Below, piece after piece: positions 19,994 to 31,062 of a stretch of DNA of 64,000 bases. Below the pieces are notes generated by a model. The model was not told the origin of the DNA and did not search any database. It saw only the letters and a program-made list of their open reading frames with translations. Source of the stretch: Candidatus Cloacimonadales bacterium (lineage in GTDB: Bacteria; Cloacimonadota; Cloacimonadia; Cloacimonadales; JAFGVF01); NCBI GenBank assembly GCA_963678315.1, contig OY782781.1:1312001-1376000 (forward strand). Reading direction: 5' to 3'. The translations under genes and the position numbers were made by a program. The number at the start of each line of letters is the position of its first letter. The first letter of the stretch is position 1.

Positions 19994-21712
19994 CTAAGTT
20001 AATAGATTATTTACAATAGCTATATCCAGTTGCTGGATTTTATTTTTAATATTATTTTTCTCTTTAACCAAATACGTAGTTGCACCTTCCTTGCCGATTT
20101 GCCTGTTAACTTCTTGCAAATCATATTTTAGTTTACGCAACTTTACATCATTAATAATAAGTAGGATATTACGCCCTGGAACTCCCATCAGAATTAGCTC
20201 TGCTGCTTTATTTTTTAAATTCTCGTCTTCAAAAAAATCTATTATTTGGGAATGTGAATCCAAAAATATTAATCCGTTATCTTTTGTCAAAGAAATAAAC
20301 ATCTTTTTATACAAGTCAACAAAAAAGTAATTAGAATTAAGCTCTTTGCAAGAATTTTTTATCTCAGAAGGATTATTTAACAGATATTGAATGAATTCCC
20401 TTTCTTCAATGAATTTTTCTAAAGAGAAATCAGGTTTAACTTTGTCAGTACTTCTTCTTCTTGTTCCTGTCATAGAAGAATAAATTGATCTTTCAGATAT
20501 AGCAAATTCTTCAGCAATCTCTTTTACAAGGAGTTCTTTATCTATTGCATTCTTAATTGTTGCAACTGATTCTGATAGAATCTTAACTTTGTCTTTAGTT
20601 TCTTTAGCAACATAAGAAGTTTCGTGGGCGAACTTTAGAAATGGCAATGCCTCATCTATTAAAGACTGTAAAGAAGCAACTCCTGCTTTGAGGATATAGG
20701 AATCTGGGTCTTCTCCATCTGGCAGCTGAACCACTAATGGTGTTAATCCCATGCTGAGAGCTTTGAGTCCTGCTGATACTGTAGCTTTTCTTCCTGCGGT
20801 ATCTCCATCATAAATAAGATATATATTCTTGCTATATCGACTTAATATAGAGAGTTGCTTTTCAGTTAAAGCTGTTCCTAGAGATGCTACTGAATTTGTA
20901 AAACCTTCTGTGTGGAGTCGTAAGAAATCCATGTATCCTTCACAAACAAGGGCGAAGTTCTTCTTTGAAATATCGTATTTGGTTAAGAATAAACCATAAA
21001 GTTCATTGCCTTTTGTATAGATATCAGTAGTTGGAGAATTAACATACTTCCCTCCAGGCTGATTACTGCTAAGGACTCGCCCTCCAAAAGCAATTATCTG
21101 TCCGCTGTGAGAATGAATAGGGAACATTACTCTATCTTTGAATAGGTCATAATGTCCACGTTGGCTATTCTTCACTAAACCACTATCTTCCATGAGTTTA
21201 ATATCAACATCTTTCTTCTTGAACAGGTTAAATAGAGAGCCTGCACTATTCAGTGCATACCCAATCTCTAATTTATGAGCAAGCTCTTTAGATATTGATC
21301 TATCTTCCAGATACTTGTAAATGTGCTCACCGTGTTCCTTCAGATTATTAACATAGAACTCATTGGCAATTCTATATAGATTTAAGAGCTTAGTTCGTTT
21401 AGATACTACTCTTTTATCGTCAGCAGTTTCTTCAATAGCTATACCAACTCTTTGAGCAAGCTTTCTAACAGCTTCAGGGAAAGTAATTTTTTCGTATTCT
21501 TGCACAAAAGTGAATACATTTCCACCTTTCCCACAAACAAAGCACTTGAATATTTGTTTAACTTCAGAAACCATCATAGAAGGATTTCTGTCTTCATGAA
21601 AAGGGCATAAACCCTTATAATTGGCTCCGCTACGCTTTAAAGGTACATAGGTAGAAATTACATCTACAATATTATTAGCTTCTCGAACTCTATCGATTGT
21701 TTGACTATCCAT
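19994..21712 (-). CDS. dnaG: DNA primase
   Basis: CPFH...CFVC Zn ribbon, KYVNSP, EGYMD, YDGD and DPD TOPRIM motifs. Confidence 0.99.
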   Translation of the reverse strand: MDSQTIDRVREANNIVDVISTYVPLKRSGANYKGLCPFHEDRNPSMMVSEVKQIFKCFVCGKGGNVFTFVQEYEKITFPEAVRKLAQRVGIAIEETADDKRVVSKRTKLLNLYRIANEFYVNNLKEHGEHIYKYLEDRSISKELAHKLEIGYALNSAGSLFNLFKKKDVDIKLMEDSGLVKNSQRGHYDLFKDRVMFPIHSHSGQIIAFGGRVLSSNQPGGKYVNSPTTDIYTKGNELYGLFLTKYDISKKNFALVCEGYMDFLRLHTEGFTNSVASLGTALTEKQLSILSRYSKNIYLIYDGDTAGRKATVSAGLKALSMGLTPLVVQLPDGEDPDSYILKAGVASLQSLIDEALPFLKFAHETSYVAKETKDKVKILSESVATIKNAIDKELLVKEIAEEFAISERSIYSSMTGTRRRSTDKVKPDFSLEKFIEEREFIQYLLNNPSEIKNSCKELNSNYFFVDLYKKMFISLTKDNGLIFLDSHSQIIDFFEDENLKNKAAELILMGVPGRNILLIINDVKLRKLKYDLQEVNRQIGKEGATTYLVKEKNNIKNKIQQLDIAIVNNLLT

Positions 21713-21718
21713 TCAAGC

Positions 21719-24073
21719 CTAATCCTTGAGCTCTACGATGGTAACACCGCTTCCCCCAGCATTTTCTGGTGGGGTATAGAATGTCTTTACACATTTGATT
21801 CTTTGTAGATGTTGACGAACTTTCTGGCGTAATGCACCTGTTCCTTTACCATGAACAATTCTCAATTTCTTTAAACCTGCTATATTAGCATTATCTATAA
21901 AGTCATTAACTTCAATTCTTGCTTCATCGAAAGTAAAGCCTAAAATCTTTAACTCAAATGTAGATTGAGGTGTTACTGATTGTGATACAATTACTTTAGG
22001 AGAGTCTTTCTTTGCTGTTTCTTTCTTTTTATCTAGATAAGAAATGTTATCTAACTTGGTTTTGAATGTAATTCCATCCATATCCACAATTACATTTTTA
22101 CCATTGATTTCAGCAATAGTTGCTTGTGTCTCGAAAGAAATAACCCAGACTTTCATCCCTACTTTGGGACTAGAAATATTCCTAGTTTTTGCTCCAGAAA
22201 GCTCATTTGTTCTATCAGTAATCTCACGGTGTTTTGCTGACAATCTTTGAAGTGCTTTTTGGTTTTGTTCTTTACGTTCTTTTTTATCCAATTTTTTAAT
22301 ATGGTCAAGGTCATTGTTAAGTTCTTTCTGCATATCAATAAGATAACGTTGAGCCTCTTCTAAATGTTTCTTTTTAATAGCTTTAGCTTCATCTTCTAGC
22401 TCTTTAATCTTCTTCTTGTACTCTTCTTCTCGACCTTTAAGTAAAGCTACCTGTAATTGATGCTTATAAGTCACCTGACCCAAGTTTTTCTTTTCTTCTT
22501 CTAGCTTCTTAATTAAGGAAGTTAGTTCAATATTTTGAGTTCCAGCTAGCTCTTTGGCTCTTTCAATTATATCAACTTTTAATCCAAGTCCATCCGCAAC
22601 ATCAATTGCGAAGGAGTCTCCTGGCAATCCGAATACAAATCTGTAGGTTGGCTTGTGTTCTTTAGAATCAAACTGCATAGAAGCATTTCTACATGACTTA
22701 TGTTTTTCTGCGAAGACCTTAAGAGCTGTAAAGTGGGTTGTAATGATACCCTTAGAACCAGCTTTAACTAACTCTTCTAAAACAGCTTGAGCTAGTGCTG
22801 ACCCTTGTTCTGGATCTGTTGAAGAACCTATCTCATCAATGAGAACGAGTGTCTTATTATTAGCACATTCTACCATATTTTTGATATTAGTGATATGAGA
22901 AGCAAAGGTAGAGAGTGAATTCTCAATTGATTGCTCATCACCAATATCTGCAACTATATTTTGGAATAAACCAATCTTAGATTCTTTATCTGCAGGAATA
23001 GGTAAGCCTGATAGTGCCATTATTGTTACTAGTCCCGTAGACTTCAAAGTAACTGTTTTACCACCAGTATTTGGTCCTGAAAGAATCAGCATGTTGTAAT
23101 CCTCTCCCATCTCAAGATGATAAGGAATAACTTTTTCTACACTCTGTAATTGATGAATAAGCAGAGGATGTCTGACCTCTTTCAATTCTAAGATCGCTTC
23201 CTTGACTAATTCAACTCTATTTGCTTTTAAATAGTTAGCAAAAGAAGCATTACTATAGAAGAAATCAAATTTACCTATCAATTCTGTATTTTTAATTAGA
23301 AGCTTTTTCAAAGGAAGAATCATATCTGTAAAGCTTTTAAAAATACGGAATATTTCCTCTTTCTCTGATTGCTTTAACATAGAAATCTTGTTATTCATTT
23401 CAACAATTTCAGGTGGCTCTATATAAATTGAGGAACCACTTGAAGACCTTTCTTGAATAACACCTCCAACGAATTTAGCTTTTCCTTCCTTGATTGGTAT
23501 CACATAACGGTCACCACGTGTTGTGATGATTTTTTCTTGAACAAATTTCTCAAACTTAGCATCATTTAACTTGCTGTTCAAGGTTCTTTGGATACCTGCT
23601 CTGGTATCTCTTTTACTTCTTCTTAATCTTTGTAATTCTTTAGAAGCTGTATCTAAAATATCTCCATCAGGGGAGAATATTGCATCGTATCTTGCTGAGA
23701 TTTCAGGTAGAGCTTCTAATCTATTGAACTTATCTTTAATTAGCTTATAACCTTCAATATCTTTTAGTCTTTCTGCTAACTTATTTCCAATTCTGACATT
23801 AGCTATTACTAACTGAAACTCTTCGAAACTCATTACCGTAGATTTAAATTCTTTAAAAAATCCATTTAGATCAGTAAGTCCATCTAAATTTATACTTAGA
23901 CCTTCTTTCAATATCGATTGAAACTCACTGATTAGCTCTACTCGCGATGTAATATCTTGCAGATTCTTCATCGGAGTCATTGAATCTATTTTATCTTTAC
24001 CTAAATCTGTAAAAGCTCTCTCTTTAATTAATTCTTTTATTTTATTAAATTCTAATTTTTCAAACGAAAACAT
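21719..24073 (-). CDS. mutS2: Endonuclease MutS2
   Basis: GPNTGGKT, IGDEQSIENSLSTFASH, Smr domain IVHGKGTGALR. Confidence 0.98.
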   Translation of the reverse strand: MFSFEKLEFNKIKELIKERAFTDLGKDKIDSMTPMKNLQDITSRVELISEFQSILKEGLSINLDGLTDLNGFFKEFKSTVMSFEEFQLVIANVRIGNKLAERLKDIEGYKLIKDKFNRLEALPEISARYDAIFSPDGDILDTASKELQRLRRSKRDTRAGIQRTLNSKLNDAKFEKFVQEKIITTRGDRYVIPIKEGKAKFVGGVIQERSSSGSSIYIEPPEIVEMNNKISMLKQSEKEEIFRIFKSFTDMILPLKKLLIKNTELIGKFDFFYSNASFANYLKANRVELVKEAILELKEVRHPLLIHQLQSVEKVIPYHLEMGEDYNMLILSGPNTGGKTVTLKSTGLVTIMALSGLPIPADKESKIGLFQNIVADIGDEQSIENSLSTFASHITNIKNMVECANNKTLVLIDEIGSSTDPEQGSALAQAVLEELVKAGSKGIITTHFTALKVFAEKHKSCRNASMQFDSKEHKPTYRFVFGLPGDSFAIDVADGLGLKVDIIERAKELAGTQNIELTSLIKKLEEEKKNLGQVTYKHQLQVALLKGREEEYKKKIKELEDEAKAIKKKHLEEAQRYLIDMQKELNNDLDHIKKLDKKERKEQNQKALQRLSAKHREITDRTNELSGAKTRNISSPKVGMKVWVISFETQATIAEINGKNVIVDMDGITFKTKLDNISYLDKKKETAKKDSPKVIVSQSVTPQSTFELKILGFTFDEARIEVNDFIDNANIAGLKKLRIVHGKGTGALRQKVRQHLQRIKCVKTFYTPPENAGGSGVTIVELKD

Positions 24074-24074
24074 C

Positions 24075-24611
24075 TTAATCTATTTCAATCTCCATTCTTT
24101 CTCTTTCTTGTTTTAACATCTTTTTTAAGTACCCGTATATATCAATACCCATTTTCTGACTAATAATTTTATTGTTTACTTCATTGCTAATATGGCAAAC
24201 CTTAGACCTTTCAATAATTTTCTCCATAGGCTCATATTGAGCTATCTCATTGAACATTAAGAGAAACATTATTAAGAAATTTGCAGTCAATAATCCAAAA
24301 ATACCACCGAAGATTCTATTGGCTAAACTTAATGAAAGTGTATCAGCCATGATATGTAAAAGTTTCTTGATTATTCCAACTGCAAGACAAATAATTATGA
24401 GCTGTGCTAAAATTGAAAAGATAAGACTCCACGTGTCAGAACTTCCAATCTTATCATGTATCATTGCACTTATTACGCTGGTGTAATTTGTTAGAGAAAT
24501 ATAGATAGCTATTCCTGAAACAAAACCCATAATTGCACTAATTAGACCTTTGTATAATCCCATACCTGTAAAAACTAATATAACCACAATCAATACAACA
24601 TCAAGAGCCAT
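24075..24611 (-). CDS. cvpA: CvpA family membrane protein
   Basis: DVVLI...GLYKGLI and NRIFGGIFG; upstream of mutS2; probable start at 24611. Confidence 0.85.
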   Translation of the reverse strand: MALDVVLIVVILVFTGMGLYKGLISAIMGFVSGIAIYISLTNYTSVISAMIHDKIGSSDTWSLIFSILAQLIIICLAVGIIKKLLHIMADTLSLSLANRIFGGIFGLLTANFLIMFLLMFNEIAQYEPMEKIIERSKVCHISNEVNNKIISQKMGIDIYGYLKKMLKQERERMEIEID

Positions 24612-24674
24612 GTTAATCTCCTTCTTAATCAAATATTACAATAAGGCCTAAATATTCAGCCTATAGCTATATTT

Positions 24675-24869
24675 AACCCAAACAATGCACTAGGACTTAA
24701 AAAATAGCACTATATTATTCCTGTGAGGGCGTAGCTTTAGCGAAGACTCATGGCAAGAATAACTTCCATAATCTCAACTAGAATATATATTATTCAAGCT
24801 TCGATTCTGTAAGATATTTTGCTGAAAGAATCTGCACTATTTTGTCAAACCTAATGCATCATCTGGATT
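24675..24869. mobile_element. ~195 bp MITE-like element, copy 1
   Basis: Near-identical to 59686-59901; imperfect terminal inverted repeats AACCCAAACAATGCACTAGG / CCTAATGCATCATCTGGATT; no coding capacity. Confidence 0.75.
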
Positions 24870-24967
24870 TAATTAAACGTATTTTAATATTTTACATTAC
24901 AAATTCTAACAAATTCTAGTCAATATATTTCTTTTATTAAAAGAAAGATTAACTCTGATTAACCTGA

Positions 24968-25020
24968 CCCTTACTTGCCTCATTGAAAAAAAGCCGATTT
25001 TTCAAGGAGACCATTAAGGG
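24968..25020. repeat. P1 palindrome, copy 2
   Basis: CCCTTACTTGCCTCATTGAAAAA...TTTTTCAAGGAGACCATTAAGGG. Confidence 0.85.
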
Positions 25021-25084
25021 TGAAGGGATAAAAGAGGTGTAAGGGATAATATTATTTAGTAAATAGATGGCAACTTTTAGCAAT

Positions 25085-25117
25085 AAAAAAAGAGTCTTGA
25101 AATTTTCAAGACTCTTT
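25085..25117 (-). terminator. rpsU terminator
   Basis: AAAGAGTCTTGAA-AT-TTCAAGACTCTTT-like hairpin with A tract. Confidence 0.8.
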
Positions 25118-25156
25118 AGTATTATCAAATATTATAAAATAAATTCTATTAAAAAA

Positions 25157-25363
25157 CTATCTGTTATATTTCTTTAGCTTACGCATAGCTTTAATCATCT
25201 TACGTTTAGCAACATTAGCTTCGCGTTTTTTCTTAACAGAAGGTTTTTCGTAGTACTGATTCTTTTTAATATCAGATAAGATAGCAGCTTTTTCACATCT
25301 TTTCTTGAAGCGTTTTAACAGAATATCAAACGGTTCGTTATCTTTTCCAACTACTTTAGGCAT
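25157..25363 (-). CDS. rpsU: 30S ribosomal protein S21
   Basis: LKRFKKRCEKAAILSDIKKNQYYEKPS. Confidence 0.98.
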   Translation of the reverse strand: MPKVVGKDNEPFDILLKRFKKRCEKAAILSDIKKNQYYEKPSVKKKREANVAKRKMIKAMRKLKKYNR

Positions 25364-25461
25364 TGTTTCTCACCCCCTTCTTTCTAAGATTTTATATAGA
25401 TTTTCATAAAATCCAAATAAGGGTCTATGTGTCAAGAAAAAAGTTCTATAGATGTATAATC

Positions 25462-26109
25462 TTATGTGTTTTTTATCTTTAGAAAGTTATCAATAAATAA
25501 TGTGAAGTCTTGTATAAAGATTCTACAATCTTTTACATAATGGTAAGATATTTCATGTTTTTCAATAGACTTAGAATCGTAGTTGTGAACTATATCATTT
25601 CTTTTTTTATTGTATTCATTGAATTTGTTTTGAAAAGTTGAGAAATCATCTTTTATATGCTTTCTTAACTCAGCTTTGAACTCGTTGCGGTCTACGATAT
25701 AAGAAAGTACTTTAATAATTTTATCATACTTTTGATAAGATTTGTATCTTATTGAATCATATATAGCATGTGAAAGCCAATTATGATTGCTAGTATCAGT
25801 AAAATGATCAAGAACATATTTAATTGAGATTGTGAAATCCATCAAGTTCTTATCAGAACTTAATTCCCTATCATTATTGAAAATTTCAACAACACATAAC
25901 TTAAATTTATCTGAAATATATTTATCCAACGCTGAAAAAAGTAAAACTATTGCAAAACTAAATTTGTCTTGGTCATTTGATTTTTCTAACTCTTCTACTC
26001 TTTGGCAGATGCTATCGAAATTTTCTTTAATTTTCTGGTGTGTGTTTGAATCACTTAGTTTAGTTTTCTTCTGCTCTAAATTCCTACTTCTTCTTTGGAA
26101 TGAACTCAT
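25462..26109 (-). CDS. HEPN domain nuclease (RiboL-PSP-HEPN-like) with basic N-terminal arm
   Basis: AIVLLFSALDKYI, W...SYQ...I and Rx4H motif RNDIVH; GAGG RBS, overlaps the ATPase stop. Confidence 0.7.
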   Translation of the reverse strand: MSSFQRRSRNLEQKKTKLSDSNTHQKIKENFDSICQRVEELEKSNDQDKFSFAIVLLFSALDKYISDKFKLCVVEIFNNDRELSSDKNLMDFTISIKYVLDHFTDTSNHNWLSHAIYDSIRYKSYQKYDKIIKVLSYIVDRNEFKAELRKHIKDDFSTFQNKFNEYNKKRNDIVHNYDSKSIEKHEISYHYVKDCRIFIQDFTLFIDNFLKIKNT

Positions 26110-27406
26110 TATGAACCTCTTTTAAGTAACTATCAATATTGGACCTATTATTGTGTTGGTCATGAATCAATACATCATTCAGGTTAGGTACTGCACCATA
26201 ACGGCCTTTCAAATAACCTAAGCGAGCGTTTTCTTCAGATCTGACTCCTTTGACGTCAAAAAGAGAATAATATTCTGAGTATCCATGATTTCTATCAACT
26301 AAATAGATCTGGTCTCGTCTAAAAAGGTTCAAATTAAGCATCTCTGTATTGTGGGTTGTAAATAGAAGCTGGGATCTATTTTTAGTAAATTCATTTTGAA
26401 AAATATCAATAATATATCTTAATAAAAGAGGATGAAGACTTAGATCTAATTCATCTATAATGAGGATATTACCCTTTTGTTCAAAAGAAAAGATTATCTC
26501 AGTAATCTCTTCTAAAAAGCTATGTGTGCCAGCTGACTCTTCTGTATTATAATCGAAATAAGTTTGAATTGCTTTACCCTCTTTATCAATTATTTCATGT
26601 AGGGTTTGAACTTTATAACTAATAGCAGAAAGTCCCTCATCTTGCTTATTAAAATAGACTTCATTATAGTTCATGAAGGTCTCTTTACTAAGGATGATTT
26701 TTTCAATTTCAAAGTCAATAATGTCGAAATCAAACTTCTTTAAAAGGTCAAGAATTAATCTTTTAAACTTAACATCATTCAAAAGTCTTTCCCAAATTTT
26801 GTTTTTGGGTTTTCTTCTGTTTACCTGCAAAGAAAAATTAAGATTATTGCTAATATAATCAAAAGCTTCTTTAACTAATTGATAATTGAATTCAGAGGCA
26901 ACAGAAATAAAAGGTCTGTTTGGTCTAGTTCTATCCAGAAGTGTCTTTAATTCTTTGTTTTTAGATGGCTTAACAATACTTTGCTGATTCCGTTCAAATA
27001 TTGTTCTTTTTGAACCGTTTGGATAATAGTAAAGCTCTTCCTTTGAAATATATTGATTATTATAAGAAATGAAATATTCGTAAACAGTTTTATTTACTAG
27101 GTATCTTAGTCTAAAAGATGTGTCATGATTATTGTTATAATATTTATTAGGGGAATAAGGTATCGTATTGTTGATATGGGGTCTGAACTTTACAACAATA
27201 TTATAGAAAGCTCTCATAGCAGATAGCATATTTGTTTTGCCACTACCATTTTTTCCATAAAGTGAAATAATCGGTAAAAGTTTCACATCTTTGAAATTTA
27301 TATCTACTAGATTATCATTGTGTTCATTGATTGGACCAGCGATAAAAGATATAGTTTGCCTATCTTTTATTGACTTAAAGTTGACTACAGAAAAATCAAT
27401 AATCAT
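26084..27406 (-). CDS. AAA_21/AbiEii-type ABC-like ATPase (RloA-like)
   Basis: Probable start MIIDFSVVNFKS at 27406 (AAGGAG RBS); GKNGSGKTN, ESAGT, IIDELDLSLHP, FTTHN, RRDQIY, YLKGRYGAVP. Confidence 0.9.
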   Translation of the reverse strand: MIIDFSVVNFKSIKDRQTISFIAGPINEHNDNLVDINFKDVKLLPIISLYGKNGSGKTNMLSAMRAFYNIVVKFRPHINNTIPYSPNKYYNNNHDTSFRLRYLVNKTVYEYFISYNNQYISKEELYYYPNGSKRTIFERNQQSIVKPSKNKELKTLLDRTRPNRPFISVASEFNYQLVKEAFDYISNNLNFSLQVNRRKPKNKIWERLLNDVKFKRLILDLLKKFDFDIIDFEIEKIILSKETFMNYNEVYFNKQDEGLSAISYKVQTLHEIIDKEGKAIQTYFDYNTEESAGTHSFLEEITEIIFSFEQKGNILIIDELDLSLHPLLLRYIIDIFQNEFTKNRSQLLFTTHNTEMLNLNLFRRDQIYLVDRNHGYSEYYSLFDVKGVRSEENARLGYLKGRYGAVPNLNDVLIHDQHNNRSNIDSYLKEVHNEFIPKKK

Positions 27407-27722
27407 AATTAACTCCTTTTGGAAACAAATTATATATAATTTGCAAAATGTCAACAAATATGAAGAATATTTTATTATTTATCTTGCTTAAATATAGTAA
27501 AATTGCAGATAATCCGAATATTAAGAAGAATAAAGTATGATTAAGAATAATATCTTGTTGTTCTCAAATGCATAAATTGGTCTCTGAAGTGATAAAAAAC
27601 ATAGTTGAAATAACGCCTTTTTTATAGCTTCTAATATTATGAAATTGATATAGTTAACTCTTAATATTTATATTGACATTACAAAAGTAATTGCTAAATT
27701 TTGATAGGAAGTTGGAGGATGT

Positions 27723-30700
27723 ATGAGAAAATTCATTATGCTAATTTGGTTATTGTTTCCTGCATTAAGTTTTGGTCTAAATAATATAGAGGGCATCGAT
27801 AAGTGTGACGGTTCTATAGATAATCCTTATCTTGTTTATGATAATGAGGATTTGCTAGCAATTATGAACAATCCAGAATTATGGGATAAGCACTTTATTC
27901 AGGAAAAAGATATTTCTTTTCAGGATATAGCAAGTTTATATGACTTATCTCCTATTGGAAATATCAATCAAGCGTTTACTGGCTCCTATGATGGTAATTT
28001 TCATAAGATTAGCAATTTGTCTATGGATTGTCCAGACTTAGAAGGAGTGGGTTTATTTGGCGTGCTGTCAGGTGATTCAACAAAAATATGCAATCTTGGA
28101 TTAAACAATTGTAATGTAAAAGGGAAAAAATCAGTAGGAGGTCTTGTAGGGATAATAGAAGAAAACTCTGAAGTAAGTAATTGCTTTACATCTGGTGTAG
28201 TAACTTCCTCTGAAGACAATAATATAGGTGGTTTGATTGGTAAAGTTACTTCTAGAGCATCTGTTAATAAATGCTTTTCAAAAGCTTATGTATATTCCCA
28301 CAACAAGAACATTGGAGGACTTGTAGGTCTTTGTGAAGAAAATGCAATCATCACTAACTGCTATGCTTTAGGATCTGTCTTGGGACAAGAGAGAGTTGGT
28401 GGATTAGTAGGCAGAAATAGAGAAGATAGTAGGATTTCTTCTTGTTATTCTATAGGAAGTGTTTCTTCTTATAGTGATGATTATGTTAATGGTTTAGTTG
28501 GAAGAAATCAAGCAATTGTAGAGAATTCATATTTTGATGTAAATACCTCTAACTGCTGTAATAACAACGCTGGTATAGGGCTTACTACTGATCTATTAAA
28601 AGAATCTTTAAGCTACAATAATTGGGATTTTGACAATACATGGAGACTTGATCTTGATATTAATGAAGGCTATCCTAGCTTAACATGGCAAGAAGAAGGG
28701 GCTTTACCAAACTTACCCGAGAATGGTCTTCTTGCTCCAGTAGTTTTTTCACATGAGGCAGGATTCTATAATGATGAATTTGAGTTAGAACTAAGCCATT
28801 CAAACACAAGTGGCTTCATTATCTATACCATAGATGGATCAGAACCTGATATAAAAAATATCAATGGTTCAACTTATAGATATAAGAAATTCTATCCAAG
28901 GTTTCCAGAAGATGACTTTGGAGAATTCTTTGAAAATCAAATAAATTCTGATATATATGTTAATCCTATTCCAATATATAATAGAAGCTTTGAAGATGAT
29001 AAGCTATCTCAGATACCATCAAATTTCTATAATTATGACTGGGAAATCCCGAATCAGCCTTCAGAGAAAGGAATTGTTGTAAAAGCGAAAGTGTATTATT
29101 CAGATAACCTACAATCTGAAACTATTACAAATACTTATTTTGTTGGCTTAGATAGAATTGAAGATTCAGATTTACCTGTAATTTCAATCTCACTAGATGA
29201 AGATGGACTATTTGATTATGATGAGGGTATCTATGTGCCAGGACAGTATTTTGATAATTGGAGAATTTGTTGTCCAGATAATACAGCTTCAAATTGGACA
29301 TACGCTAATTATCATCTTACAGGTGAGAACTCTGAAAGAAAAGCTTACTTTGAATATTTTGATAATGATTCTAATAGAGCAGATTTATCTCAATATATTG
29401 GTTTAAGACTACATGGAGGAGCAAGTAGAGCATTCAACCAAAAAAGCTTAAGACTATACAGCCGTGGAGACTATGGTCAATCTAAATTTGATTATAAACT
29501 GTTTGATGAGTTGGATGATTGTAGTTTCGATAAAGTGATTCTAAGGAATTCTGGTTCTGATTATTGTAGAGCTTTCTTAAGGGATCCATTAGTCCATAAA
29601 ATTACTAGACATTCAGGCATAGATTCTCAAGCTTATCAACCAATCATTTTATTCATAAATGGCGAATATTGGGGTCTTCATAATATGAGAGAACGAATTG
29701 ACTGTGACTACTTAGCTAGAAAGTATGATATTAATCCAAACAACATAGATCTTATTTCAAGGCGAAATGAAAATGTAGCTGGAACTCTTTCAGCATGGAA
29801 TGACTTACTTGAATATCTTAGAGCTAATACACTTGAAGGAAGAGAAGAGTATGAGCATGTAGCAAATCTAGTAGATATTGATAATTATACTAAATATTTT
29901 ATAACCGAAATCTTCATTGATAATACAGATTGGCCCTGGAATAATGTTAAATGCTGGAGAGTTAATAACATGGCAGAAGGAGATGATAATAATCCCTACA
30001 ATGATGGTCGATGGAGATGGTTATTATTTGATACTGATTATGCTTATGGATTGTGCGAAGGTAATGAAGCAATATCCAATACAACACTGGGGAATACTCT
30101 ACAATGGGATTATGATGATTCTTGGGAAAATCTCTTAATAAGAAGACTACTAACTAATCATATTTATCGTGATTATTTTATTAACACATTTGCCGATATG
30201 ATGAATACTACTTTTGATGGACAAAGAAGCGAAGCCATTCTTAACGAAATGCACGATAACATTATAGCTGAAATTCCTTATCAATCACAGAGATGGGGTA
30301 GATTAGCTTCTGTTAGTAGCTGGGAATCCAAAATAGATGTGATAAGATACTTTCTCAATCATAGGAGAGATGAGCAATTCCAGCAACTAGTAGATTACTT
30401 CCAATTAGATGGTATCTATGATTTGGATATATATGTCTCAGATACTCAACAAGGATATGTTACTGTTAACGATAACAATATCTTAGATTCTATATTAGAT
30501 GAAAGAAATAGAAGTATAGAATGGCATGGGTCATATTTCAATAATAAGACCATTACAATTGAAGCCATTCCTAATGAAGGATATAAATTTAGTCACTGGA
30601 ATGATGAACAAGATTCTTTAGCTACAAAGGTCATTCACCCTAATGATGATGTTCACTTAGAAGCACATTTTGAACTTATACAGACTGATAGGATAAAAGA

Positions 30701-30974
30701 TATAGAAGCTGTGACTCTTTCAAAGGCCTATCCAAATCCATTTAGAAGTAAGACAAAGATAGACTTTTATTCTCCTAATCACAATAGTAATTTGAAGATA
30801 TATAATATTCGAGGAGAATTAGTTAAGGAATTTAAATCTCATGAGAAAGGCAATAGTTCGATAATCTGGGATGGGACTAACAATAATAACAAAGAAGTAG
30901 CTTCGGGAGTATATCTTTATAGGTTAGATAATTCTGCAGGTAATAAAACTAACAAAGTTCTTTACATAAAATAA
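27723..30974 (+). CDS. Secreted GLUG-repeat plus CotH-kinase-family protein with C-terminal sorting domain
   Basis: GGLVG repeats; YTIDGSEP Fn3-associated motif; RLHGGASR, NGEYWGL, NTDWP and WRWLLFDTD CotH motifs; YPNPF C-terminal domain. Confidence 0.88.
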   Translation: MRKFIMLIWLLFPALSFGLNNIEGIDKCDGSIDNPYLVYDNEDLLAIMNNPELWDKHFIQEKDISFQDIASLYDLSPIGNINQAFTGSYDGNFHKISNLSMDCPDLEGVGLFGVLSGDSTKICNLGLNNCNVKGKKSVGGLVGIIEENSEVSNCFTSGVVTSSEDNNIGGLIGKVTSRASVNKCFSKAYVYSHNKNIGGLVGLCEENAIITNCYALGSVLGQERVGGLVGRNREDSRISSCYSIGSVSSYSDDYVNGLVGRNQAIVENSYFDVNTSNCCNNNAGIGLTTDLLKESLSYNNWDFDNTWRLDLDINEGYPSLTWQEEGALPNLPENGLLAPVVFSHEAGFYNDEFELELSHSNTSGFIIYTIDGSEPDIKNINGSTYRYKKFYPRFPEDDFGEFFENQINSDIYVNPIPIYNRSFEDDKLSQIPSNFYNYDWEIPNQPSEKGIVVKAKVYYSDNLQSETITNTYFVGLDRIEDSDLPVISISLDEDGLFDYDEGIYVPGQYFDNWRICCPDNTASNWTYANYHLTGENSERKAYFEYFDNDSNRADLSQYIGLRLHGGASRAFNQKSLRLYSRGDYGQSKFDYKLFDELDDCSFDKVILRNSGSDYCRAFLRDPLVHKITRHSGIDSQAYQPIILFINGEYWGLHNMRERIDCDYLARKYDINPNNIDLISRRNENVAGTLSAWNDLLEYLRANTLEGREEYEHVANLVDIDNYTKYFITEIFIDNTDWPWNNVKCWRVNNMAEGDDNNPYNDGRWRWLLFDTDYAYGLCEGNEAISNTTLGNTLQWDYDDSWENLLIRRLLTNHIYRDYFINTFADMMNTTFDGQRSEAILNEMHDNIIAEIPYQSQRWGRLASVSSWESKIDVIRYFLNHRRDEQFQQLVDYFQLDGIYDLDIYVSDTQQGYVTVNDNNILDSILDERNRSIEWHGSYFNNKTITIEAIPNEGYKFSHWNDEQDSLATKVIHPNDDVHLEAHFELIQTDRIKDIEAVTLSKAYPNPFRSKTKIDFYSPNHNSNLKIYNIRGELVKEFKSHEKGNSSIIWDGTNNNNKEVASGVYLYRLDNSAGNKTNKVLYIK

Positions 30975-31062
30975 GTTGGATACTGATAGAATGAACTTAT
31001 TTTGCTTGACATTTATATAATTGTGATGTAATAAAGATTCATATAATTATGGAGGATTTTAA

